64,000 nucleotides of DNA, taken from Nematocida ausubeli. Its lineage: Eukaryota. Location of the stretch: contig NW_026515636.1 in assembly GCF_000738915.1 (NCBI RefSeq), positions 62,001 to 126,000 of the forward strand. The letters are read 5' to 3'. Below, piece after piece: positions 29,866-39,112 of the stretch. The position numbers were made by a program, and so were the translations under genes. The notes beneath the pieces are model-generated. The model worked only from the letters and a program-made list of their open reading frames with translations, did no database searches and was not told where the DNA came from. The number at the start of each line of letters is the position of its first letter. The stretch's first letter is position 1.

Positions 29866-32800
29866 ATGAAGTTGAGTATACAATCGAAGACTAAAGAAGT
29901 AGAAACAGAAGACTTAAAAACTCACAAGATAAGACAAGAGGAGAAGGGAACTGGTGCCCGGAGAGCAAAGATATATATGCTCATTGGAGTAGCTATACTG
30001 TGCCATGTGTGGAACAGAGTGTTGACAGTAGATGGGCTAAGAGATGTCCAGATAAAAGCTGCTGCTATTTCTGAAGAAACAGAAGAAGGCAGTCAAGGTG
30101 GAGAGAAATTCTCAGTAGTAGAAATAACTAGAAATATTGGGTTTATGACTAGGAAGAGGTTTTTGTCGCCTGAGATACATCTAGAGCACTCTATAGAAGT
30201 TCTCAAAAAAGACTCTAAAAATATAGAGACGGGCAATGAAGAAAACTCAGATAAGCACAAACCAAAGGATTCTATCTACAAACACACACGAAACATCAGC
30301 CAGGATAGATTACGCAATAGCCTTCCATATGAAGGTAGCTTGCTCAGATACAAGAAAGAATACTTTAACACGCTTCTTGAGCTGTTCCCCTCGCTTGATG
30401 GATTTGCGTCAATACATTCAGAAAATGTTGAATCTTTCTATGTATTTATTAACAGCACTTCTGTAAAAGAGCATAAGCACAAAATACTTGCCTCACTGCT
30501 ACTGCTTGCAGAGGGAATAAAAGTGCCCCTTAAATTTACTAAAAGTAAGAATGATAAAAAACTAGTTCTGAGAAGTGCAAATATAAATGAAGATCACTTC
30601 AGACTCAATATGACTGCATTTGTTAAAACTGGTAAAGAAGATAAAAAGTCTACAGATGTGCATAAAGAGGTATTACAAGAAAAGGCAATTGATGTTATAA
30701 ACTTTTTTATAGAAAGCAGAGAAAAAACAGTTTCCAAAAAAGAGAGATCCACTCTACAGCTATTTTTCTGTAGAAAGCTTGTGGATAACGAGTTTTTAAA
30801 CAGCCCTAGCTTCCTTATACAAGCGTATATACACCACTGCATAAAGAATACAGATGAGATGATTTTATTCATTCAAACGGTGCATGATCTACTAAACGAG
30901 TTTATAGAGGAGAAAGAGGGAGCTTCAAGAGAAAATCGTGTAGAAGAGGCCGTGAATAATCTTCTAAGTTTGTATATGGAGGATAGAGGAGTCAAACCAG
31001 AAGATAAACAGCCTGATAACGAAACTGCAGCGCAAGCAAGGAATGTGAATGCCAAATGCAATATACCAAAGAAATATATTTCAATTGGAAAAGAAAGAAT
31101 ATATATAACTCATCTGACAAAAAAACCTCTGTACAATGATTCTATAGCCCACATTATTGATATGCTACGTCTTGAACCAATTGAAGATCACCTTCTCGGC
31201 GAAGAGAGTATGAGTAGTAATATGAGCGAGGCTACCTATTGTGAGACTGCGCTACTTGGCCTGTTCTGCTCCGCTGCATATAGCCCGAATGAGAATATAT
31301 ACACAGTTGACCATATCGAATCTGCCTCTAAGGAGCTGAAAGGCTTTTTCAGAAAGTACATGTGCACCCCTATAGACAAGATAGTGTTAAAGAGAATGCA
31401 CCAAGACTGGAAAGATGTATTGTTCGGAGAAAATAACCAGGAAACACAATATATGTGGATAGACAGAAAAAAACTTATGCCAGGATTGATAAATATACTA
31501 TATGGATTTTCAAAGATAGCAGGTATATGTGACTTAAGTAAGATAAATGAGATTAAAAGAAGGCTGGGTGATATGAACATTGATGTTTCTGTAGATGGCT
31601 CTAATAAGATAGAGAAAGAAAAGAAGGCAGAACTTGAGAATATGATAAGCGCATATATGGCTGAGTTAATTAAGAAAATTGCATTAAGTCATGATGTTAG
31701 TGTTCAAGTATCCATCGACTCTAAAATGTCTTTTAAGGATGGTTGTAGTGATGTATTTGGAGGCCTAGAAATATCTTATACTCCCATTGATGAGCACGAC
31801 AAGGATCTCTTCCTAACTTATTCATATTTCTATGAGTTCAATATCTGTCCTGATTATTCTAATGCTAATGAAGAACTGAAATGGAAAACTAGTTTTAAAA
31901 TGTCTATACCAGAAAGTATATTTAGAAAGGATGGTTACCCGAAAACTAAGGAGGAATTATCTATTATAGACCAAATCAAATCATATATAGACAGAAGTAT
32001 AGAGTCAAGTAAAGAAATACAGTTACAACAAACAAACAAAAGAAAACGCAAGAAAAGCTCTAATTTGGATGAACAGAAGCAGCCCACACTTAGCTATGCC
32101 AACTGGAACAAGGATATTGATACTCTTCTGCTTAATCTACAGATTTATAACAGTGAGTATAAAAGAAATATTGTATGCGGATTGCTTCTATACGCAAAAG
32201 AAAAAAGTCTTGAAAAAACCCATCCTTTTATGTGCCTAGCAGATAACATTTTGAAAAGTTCTTGCCCTGCCGTTAATGGCACTAAAAGTGAACTGCTTAT
32301 GGCACATATCTTGGGAATAGCAGACAAGTACTATCCAAATATACTGATAGACATGGATGAATATAAAGACATGCCAGAATGTTTTATATCCGCATTAAAG
32401 CATGTATTAGAATTAGCAAGTATTATAAAATATATACCTCGTAGAACATATGCTGATGCAATCATGTACTTAATGATTAAATTCCGAGAAACATGCCTGG
32501 AGGATAGCTACTATTCGAGTTTGGAGTCATTTGCTAAAGAGCTGAAAAAGAGCAAAGGATTTTTACTTATAAAGATCTTAACACTGAATGAAAACAATAC
32601 AGACTATATTACTAAGATTGTTCAAGCTATGCAGAAAACCGAGAAAGAACATTCAGTTGCCGATTATGAGAAGCATAGTAACCAGTTCTTGCTGTGGTTT
32701 ATTTGGGTTGTAAAGAACAATAATCCTAAGAATTTTTCTACTGTAGTAGAATCTTGCTGTGACTTAATTGACATAGCAGAGACAGAAAAAATTAATAGTC

Positions 32801-32904
32801 TGAACTGTTCTTCTAAATGGGGTATAGATATAGATCTATCAGAACTGTTTGAAGAGATAAAATCCATATTGTATGGCAAAGAAGGTAAAAAAGAATGCGA
32901 GTAA
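29866..32904 (+). CDS. Nematocida large-gene-family protein (NemLGF1-like), copy B
   Basis: 1012 aa, colinear with copy A: KRFLSPEI, ILASLLLLAEG, FLNSPSFLIQAYI, CETALLGLFCSAAY. Confidence 0.8.
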   Translation: MKLSIQSKTKEVETEDLKTHKIRQEEKGTGARRAKIYMLIGVAILCHVWNRVLTVDGLRDVQIKAAAISEETEEGSQGGEKFSVVEITRNIGFMTRKRFLSPEIHLEHSIEVLKKDSKNIETGNEENSDKHKPKDSIYKHTRNISQDRLRNSLPYEGSLLRYKKEYFNTLLELFPSLDGFASIHSENVESFYVFINSTSVKEHKHKILASLLLLAEGIKVPLKFTKSKNDKKLVLRSANINEDHFRLNMTAFVKTGKEDKKSTDVHKEVLQEKAIDVINFFIESREKTVSKKERSTLQLFFCRKLVDNEFLNSPSFLIQAYIHHCIKNTDEMILFIQTVHDLLNEFIEEKEGASRENRVEEAVNNLLSLYMEDRGVKPEDKQPDNETAAQARNVNAKCNIPKKYISIGKERIYITHLTKKPLYNDSIAHIIDMLRLEPIEDHLLGEESMSSNMSEATYCETALLGLFCSAAYSPNENIYTVDHIESASKELKGFFRKYMCTPIDKIVLKRMHQDWKDVLFGENNQETQYMWIDRKKLMPGLINILYGFSKIAGICDLSKINEIKRRLGDMNIDVSVDGSNKIEKEKKAELENMISAYMAELIKKIALSHDVSVQVSIDSKMSFKDGCSDVFGGLEISYTPIDEHDKDLFLTYSYFYEFNICPDYSNANEELKWKTSFKMSIPESIFRKDGYPKTKEELSIIDQIKSYIDRSIESSKEIQLQQTNKRKRKKSSNLDEQKQPTLSYANWNKDIDTLLLNLQIYNSEYKRNIVCGLLLYAKEKSLEKTHPFMCLADNILKSSCPAVNGTKSELLMAHILGIADKYYPNILIDMDEYKDMPECFISALKHVLELASIIKYIPRRTYADAIMYLMIKFRETCLEDSYYSSLESFAKELKKSKGFLLIKILTLNENNTDYITKIVQAMQKTEKEHSVADYEKHSNQFLLWFIWVVKNNNPKNFSTVVESCCDLIDIAETEKINSLNCSSKWGIDIDLSELFEEIKSILYGKEGKKECE
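29892..30088 (+). repeat. 197-bp perfect inverted repeat, right arm (partner 28350..28546)
   Basis: Encodes KEVETEDLK...AISEETEE in both genes. Confidence 0.95.
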
Positions 32905-32946
32905 GTTCGCATAAATTCTAAAATTACCCAATGAACCCCAATATGC

Positions 32947-33105
32947 GTAAGAAAGCTTTAATAAATAAAGTAGTTTAAAAATTGTATACTTCTTGCAGAT
33001 GTGTCTGTATAAATACGCTGTTTAAAAATATAGTACTTAAGGGTTAACTAACTAGAAGTGACTAGAATTATGTTGCAGCTAGCTTAGTTGTACACTGGCA
33101 TATTG
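32947..33105 (+). repeat. Imperfect inverted repeat in the 3' flank of copy B (partner 25077..25237)
   Basis: Same shared blocks as the partner; contains AATAAA. Confidence 0.9.
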
Positions 33106-33484
33106 CCAATTTTTAATAGACTATACCCATAACAGGCTGATAAAGATACTTTAATTTATTCATAGTGGGGAGTGTGCATTAAAATATAAACATATGCGAT
33201 TTTTATCTATGGCATACTAGTGTGAAGAATCCACATAAAGAGAAATGTGTAAAGGAAAGAGGTGGGGGAGTGAAGTATATGTTTTTACTGCTACAAGTAT
33301 ACTATGTCTTACTAAAATTAAACTTGATCTAAGGGCAGTAGAAGTACCATTGTTGATTGCATGGTAGTCTGATGTATCGGAGTATATTGTCCTCCATCTA
33401 AACTTTATTCTCTTAAAGCAGCCCATTGTGCATGTGTTGATTTTTGAAACTAAAAGTCATGCACTCTGCCATATTGAAAAAATT

Positions 33485-33760
33485 ATGGAATCTGGGTTTC
33501 CCACAGAGGCTCTTCATACACACCTTGAGAAAGGAAATACTGTGACTGTTTTAGTAAAGAAAGACAGAAGTGTAAGAGGCACATTATCCCTGATTGATAA
33601 GCATATGAATCTTCTTCTTCAGGATGCAGTAGAGACAAGAACGCAGCAGCCGTGCATGCACCGTGGGAAAAAAAGGCAAAGCCCGAGGACGTTCACGCGC
33701 AATTTGGGGTATGTATTTATTCGAGGGCAGTCTGTAATTGCAGTCTACACAGAAGAATAG
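33485..33760 (+). CDS. Sm/LSm-fold protein, most like SmD2
   Basis: Sm1 motif (VRGTLSLIDKHMNLLLQDAVE) and Sm2 motif (VFIRGQSVIAV) joined by a long basic loop (HRGKKRQSP), as in SmD2. Confidence 0.8.
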   Translation: MESGFPTEALHTHLEKGNTVTVLVKKDRSVRGTLSLIDKHMNLLLQDAVETRTQQPCMHRGKKRQSPRTFTRNLGYVFIRGQSVIAVYTEE

Positions 33761-34170
33761 CAGTTGTAGAGAAATTACTAACTAAAAAAGTATGTATATA
33801 AAGACATAAACCAAATTCTGCTTAACTCCTCTTTCTATATATAATGCTAAGCTCTCTAAGCACACAGAAATAGTGCATCTTTGCTCAGCATAGTATTCTA
33901 CCCACAGCCAATATAAGCGGTACATGTAAAGAATGTGCTGCTTTAAATAGAACAAATGCTATAATAAACCATACTAAACATTAAACAATACATAGCTACC
34001 ATGCCATGCATTCACAGAACATCCATATACTCCAATCCATGTGGACGCAATATTTACTAAAATGCATACATTAAAAGGCAGTAAATACAGAAGAGCAGCA
34101 ACATACAAATGCTTTGAGCTATTAAGGGAGATATAGTTAAGGACACATATTTAAAAACAGATACACCTTT

Positions 34171-34701
34171 TTATTTTACATATTGAACTAATCTTTTATA
34201 CTGATACTCATCTAACTCAGCAGTTGTCTTTGAAAGGTCAATTATCGCCTGCTCGAGCTTGTTGATTAGATCGTAGGAGATGTTTGTCATTTCTCCTTTT
34301 TGCTTTGCAGAGAAGCTCATTTTGTTTTGGAAAAGCTTTATAATCACCTCTGCAGCTACACTTGTGTCGCTAGATCTGTTTATTATGGAGAAAGTATGAG
34401 AGTATGTTTTGCTTGAATTGTTCCTGACGTATACATTGTAGTGGATCTGGGCATCGCCATACTGCATTATTGTAGTATGTTTTGGCTGGTTGTAGTAGAA
34501 CTTCACTCCTGCATACCCAGAGCTTATGTATGGTATTTCCTTCCTGTTTTCAAAGAGAGACTTGATGTGTGTGGTGATTAGTGCTGACATCCTTTCTCGG
34601 GATGCAGAGTCACTGCTTGGCAAATTAAATGTAAGGGGCTTAGATGCTTTAGTCCCTAGAAGAAGCATGGCGCATGCGATTACAAGACGTACAAAATACA
34701 T
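34171..34701 (-). CDS. Secreted hypothetical protein (176 aa)
   Basis: Signal peptide MYFVRLVIACAMLLLGTKA; no family recognised. Confidence 0.7.
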   Translation of the reverse strand: MYFVRLVIACAMLLLGTKASKPLTFNLPSSDSASRERMSALITTHIKSLFENRKEIPYISSGYAGVKFYYNQPKHTTIMQYGDAQIHYNVYVRNNSSKTYSHTFSIINRSSDTSVAAEVIIKLFQNKMSFSAKQKGEMTNISYDLINKLEQAIIDLSKTTAELDEYQYKRLVQYVK

Positions 34702-35439
34702 TCAGAAGATAAACATTCAGGTTATAAATAGAAGCCAAATGGTCTAGACCGCGCCAATATATACAGAGCAATATTTAATATAATTTATACCTCCAGAAAA
34801 AAATATAGCCAAAAGCCCCTTCAAAAAGCAGCTTCCTCTTACACTGAATAGAGTGTGTTTACTATTCGATTATATAGCAAATGGTATGCAACAAAAAATG
34901 ATTTTCTGATTGGAAACCAATATTATGGAAGTAGACACTAACTAGTGAGATGCATTTGGCTGTGAGTTGTAAGAAGGCACAATATAGAATTAATAAAGCC
35001 TTTATTGCAATATCTTTCGCTAGCTATGAAATAGTTCTGGTCAAGAGCAGCAGGCGTACAATGTCAAAATAAAAATTATGCTCTCTAGTATACAGTAAAA
35101 TTTTACTATTCTCTTTAAAAGAAAAGCACTAGTTTTTAGTGTTCTAAACTGCCTGCGAATATGTGAAGGATCCTGCCATTTTCTCAGAACCATTTTGGGA
35201 TACATCACTTTCTGCGTCTGCTATATAAGAATGCAGCTTATAGGCTCTGAAAGACTTTAGTGCTCATATAAAATAGACCAATGTCTTCTATACTATTTCA
35301 TGCAAGCCAGAAATAAAATAGAGGCTGGAAACTCTTTAAATATAACCTGAAGACCTTTCTAAATATATCCTTAAGGAATACAACAGGAAATGCCTTTTAT
35401 GTACAGCTCATAATATCCAAAAAGAAGTACCTTTGCCTC

Positions 35440-36090
35440 TTACATAAATACCTCCACAAATTTCTTCTTAATCTCGCATGCTGCAGATTCCCAAACATCT
35501 GATATATCTTTCATTTTACGCCGCAGTTTTACTAGCTTTCCTTCAAGATGTGCGCTTAGCTTGATTCGCTTCTCTTTAAACTTGGAGATGTTTAGGTCTT
35601 TAGATGTGGCTCCCCGAATTATGTTTCTTCTTAGAAATAGCTCATACTCTCTAAGCACTCGAGAAATAATTTCACTTGTACTTATTCCTTCTGTTCTTTG
35701 TGTTTCCACAAACACACCCAGCTTCTTTACCTCCGCATAGGCATCTTCATGCCCGTCTGTTGTGTACAGATCTCCATCGTGCGCCACCCAATCTATTCTG
35801 TTTTCTGTAAGAAACTCCTTTGTAATAATCCAGGGCGAGTCTTTTATTATTTCATCAACCCATTTGCAGTGTCTTAGAGACTCTGCTCTCTCTTGCATTG
35901 GCATGACTGTTGCACCTTTGTATTTATGCGTGTCTGCATCTGAACATACCCCCACAACTATTTCTGCAGTAGGAAACTGCTTCCGAACCTGCTCTAGCAT
36001 CCGCATGTGTCCAAAGTGAAAGAGGTCAAATATTCCATCTGAATATACTCGAATGGGTTTTTTTTCATTTGTAATTTCTTCAATATCCAT
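35440..36090 (-). CDS. PCT1: Choline-phosphate cytidylyltransferase
   Basis: RVYSDGIFDLFHFGH (HxGH), ERAESLRHCKWVDE, VAHD, TQRTEGISTS. Likely start is MDIEE at 36090. Confidence 0.93.
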   Translation of the reverse strand: MDIEEITNEKKPIRVYSDGIFDLFHFGHMRMLEQVRKQFPTAEIVVGVCSDADTHKYKGATVMPMQERAESLRHCKWVDEIIKDSPWIITKEFLTENRIDWVAHDGDLYTTDGHEDAYAEVKKLGVFVETQRTEGISTSEIISRVLREYELFLRRNIIRGATSKDLNISKFKEKRIKLSAHLEGKLVKLRRKMKDISDVWESAACEIKKKFVEVFM

Positions 36091-36726
36091 ACGCACAGAA
36101 AAATCAAATAGCTTTATACAGATACATGGAATAATTAAAATTGCAATATGCAGAATATACATAAATTCTGCTGGGCCAGCCCGGCACACGAGTATTCCAA
36201 GTGCAAATATGCCCAGTGCAAATGTTTTAGTAAATACATGTTTTTCCCTCTCACATAGATATCAGAGCTAAAATAAGATAGCATATGCACAAATGGCCTC
36301 TTAATAAATGAGAAAATATACTCTGCCCACTCTACTGCATTAATTCTCACAAAAATACATACAGTGCGAATTAATTCTATATGTCCCTCCATGCCCCCGA
36401 ATTCATTCTAGCTATTCTATAAAGGCTGTCCCTAAGCATGCATCTGCCTATGAAATGCACTCTCATGTGAATGGCTACTTATGAAAAACTCTATCTCGCA
36501 CATTCCCAGATACAAGCTATGGCATGCACTAAATATATTTATGTCAGACAGAAAATATATCCTTGGCACAATATTCTGTGATAACTGCTAAATACAGTCT
36601 AAATATGCAATATTTCTACTGCATAGCAGGATAAAATACTATTTTCTTTTGCCTTAGTTAATTCCTACACCCAATTACACTATAACCTATAAATAAGTCT
36701 TTATTAAGATTCTATCTAGCATCGGT

Positions 36727-36909
36727 TTATCTTACCACCTGTTGGTTCATCTTCATGGTTCCCTCGAAGTATCCCTTGCTGACTCGCTTCTCGTATAATG
36801 CTCTCTTTGCAGCTCTTCCTCTCTTTGGCTTTGGCTTGTCTGCCTTTGCTACCTTTGGTGTGGATCCCCTTACCTTTCCTGTTTTGTTCAATGAGATTGC
36901 TTTTGCCAT
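36727..36909 (-). CDS. RPS30: 40S ribosomal protein S30/eS30 (no ubiquitin-like fusion)
   Basis: SLNKTGKVRGSTPKV...KPKRGRAAKRALYEKR; TAGCCCCC lies directly before the ATG. Confidence 0.93.
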   Translation of the reverse strand: MAKAISLNKTGKVRGSTPKVAKADKPKPKRGRAAKRALYEKRVSKGYFEGTMKMNQQVVR

Positions 36910-36955
36910 GGGGGCTATGAAAAATAAAATTATTTTCTACTTTGCATTCCTGCAG

Positions 36956-37399
36956 ATGGACAAGTTATTTTCCACTGAAATAGACACTCTAATCGAGTGT
37001 TTAACTGCTATGAAGAGAACGTGTAGTATTAGCCTTGTAAAGAGGGCCCAGAGAGCTGCTATGAAGATAGATCTTATATATAATGTAATGGTCCATGGGT
37101 TTGAGAAGGAAAACCAGCGCATAAGCGAGGATATATATGACATTGCAATACGACTAATGGAAGAGCTAGAGGAGAAGGAGCTATTAATACAGGAGTGCAA
37201 AGACATACTGGCACCTTCAAGCGAGATAGATGTAAATGACGTACTGTCATACAGTAAATTACTGGGCAGGCACAGCAAGTGTCCTTTGCTATGGACAGAA
37301 GACACAGGCCTGGAAAGACTCCCTGCATACCCAACAGACAGTCTCATACAGCAGTCGTTACTAAGAGCAAAGCAGATGATGGATGACATAAATAACTAG
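36956..37399 (+). CDS. MED4: Mediator subunit 4-like
   Basis: Coiled coil followed by IDVNDVLSYSKLLGRHSKCP..W...LPAYPTDSLIQQSLL, matching the Med4 C-terminal LLSYA.RIS...P..W...PYP.E..MR.G.L pattern. Confidence 0.75.
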   Translation: MDKLFSTEIDTLIECLTAMKRTCSISLVKRAQRAAMKIDLIYNVMVHGFEKENQRISEDIYDIAIRLMEELEEKELLIQECKDILAPSSEIDVNDVLSYSKLLGRHSKCPLLWTEDTGLERLPAYPTDSLIQQSLLRAKQMMDDINN

Positions 37400-38589
37400 T
37401 AGCAGGCGCATGCAAAGAGTGCTATCCTAGCTGAAGAATGCTTAGTGTATTATAGAAGTGTCTATTTTCCATTAAATGTTTCCCTTAGAACTCAGAATGT
37501 ACCAGCTTATTTAGCACCAATTCAGAGCATAATTAAAAAAACTAGCAATTTTAGAAAATTAAATAGAAACACACACATTGATGTGTGGCATTCTGTGATA
37601 AATGGATAATAGAGTGTTTTTTCTGAACAGTATATCTATACTCTGTAGCAGTGACAAACTCAATATGCATGCAATATTTATCTCTTACAGTGTTGTATTA
37701 TGCATTTTTAGTTGTCATATAACCCGCAAATTTAATTTCCTTTTTAGCTTACATTTTGGGTATTTAATTAGAAGTACTATTAGCTTCTATGGCCTAAAGC
37801 ACTTTTTTCTTTCTTTATAAAGAGAAATAGGTCAGCCTGTATTCTACATACAGCTTTCTTATATAGAGGTAGAGAGCACAGCAGATGATTTTGCATAATA
37901 AATGAACTATTATGAATGCCCAATCTGCAAATACACAGGCAAGAACATCCTTGCTATTTGAAAAGTATCAGATGACCTCTTCCTATGTTTAGATACTAAT
38001 TGCCAAGAAAAGACTTTATATGCAGTGCATGTAATATAACCCGAATGCATCTTGAATTTTCTCATGCTTTTCTTTATCACAGTAATCCTTCTATCCCCCA
38101 TAATGTCACATTACCAGAAGCAGCTTTTACATTAAATCATAGTCACCATTCACAATACTACTGAAATAAATAAATTCTTGCAGTATACTATCCATAGTGA
38201 TTTTATATACATAAGCCTATATTCTATAACATAGACTTCTTTTCCTTTTTATGTAATGCCAGCCTCATAATTATTTGATCGCCCACACTGCATAATCTAT
38301 CCTATCACTGGAAATATATATGCTATAAAGTACTTACACCTTTCTAGCACTGTCTTTAATGATATTTTATCCACATCATAAGAATCAACTTTACACACAT
38401 CCTTCTGTGCATGCATAAAAACAAATGAATGCTAAAATAGCATATTACAATGCTTTCTTATTTATACAGCGTAATTACTACGTGAAAGTATGCGCACACT
38501 GTACTAAAGAGTCTCCCCCACATAGAGAATGATTCTACTGTATATAGGCATCATAGTACAACAGCGCTTTATTATAATACAGAATAACT

Positions 38590-39090
38590 TGAAGTGCACG
38601 GACTGTGCATTCTGTGATAATATCAAATATCCGATGTCCTACAATCCATAAACCAGACAATGCACACATTGCAATGAGAGCGCACAGGATACCTAGCAGC
38701 CAGCCTGTTACAGACAATGTATAGCATGGTGCTACGGTTGTCTTAATTGAAAAACAACCTGAGAAACAGACAATGCACTTTATTTGCTGAAGCAGCATAG
38801 TTATTTGACTCTGTAAAAACACATTTTACAGGTAGCAGGTTTTGTGAGATTGCGTTATTGCATGCCGCTCCCCCGCACCTTCATTTGTTTGGTTTTCAGG
38901 GAGAAGCAGAATTTTTTTCAAACCCGAAAGCATCAATATCAGTATGGGTTTCGTGGTTTCTTTCTGTTCTGCAGGGCCTGCCACGCCTGTAAATGCAATT
39001 CTGCCGCCGAGAAACACAATCACAGGCACTCTTGAATTTCGCTTTACTCCACTTACCCTATATGGTAAGCGACTTTTCGTCGAACATAAA
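38590..39090 (-). ncRNA. Candidate structured non-coding RNA (identity unresolved; partial RNase P-like elements)
   Basis: At least 8 helices in an ORF-poor interval. Several form fully only on the minus strand through G-U pairs (details in findings). Confidence 0.5.
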
Positions 39091-39112
39091 TAGAATTTAT
39101 TTTTTCCTCCAC

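Noticed and set aside
32880..32950. Possible frameshift or pseudogenisation at the C-terminus of copy B
   Set aside because: Only about 10 terminal residues differ from copy A and the shifted frame also stops; too weak to call.
25077..33105. Transposon with terminal inverted repeats
   Set aside because: The inverted ends are the 3' flanks of duplicated genes; I saw no transposase or target-site duplication.
38654..38778. CRISPR-like repeat-spacer appearance
   Set aside because: Repeats are only 9-12 bp with three clear copies, the context is eukaryotic and there are no cas genes.
38828..38840. CAGGTAGCAGGT as a telomerase template (about 1.7 copies of a 7-mer)
   Set aside because: It does not match the TTAGG/TAGG-type repeats I recall for microsporidia and it sits in a predicted helix; it cannot be tested without chromosome ends.
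38893..38912. SRP helix-8-like CAGG-GAGA-AGCAG on the plus strand
   Set aside because: The distal stem is missing, and the surrounding G-U pairing favours the minus strand.
39062..39093. ATG-GTAAGC...TAG resembling a start-proximal microsporidian intron before RCC1
   Set aside because: Removing the 29 nt gives a frame that stops within about 10 codons and does not join RCC1; no clear branch point.
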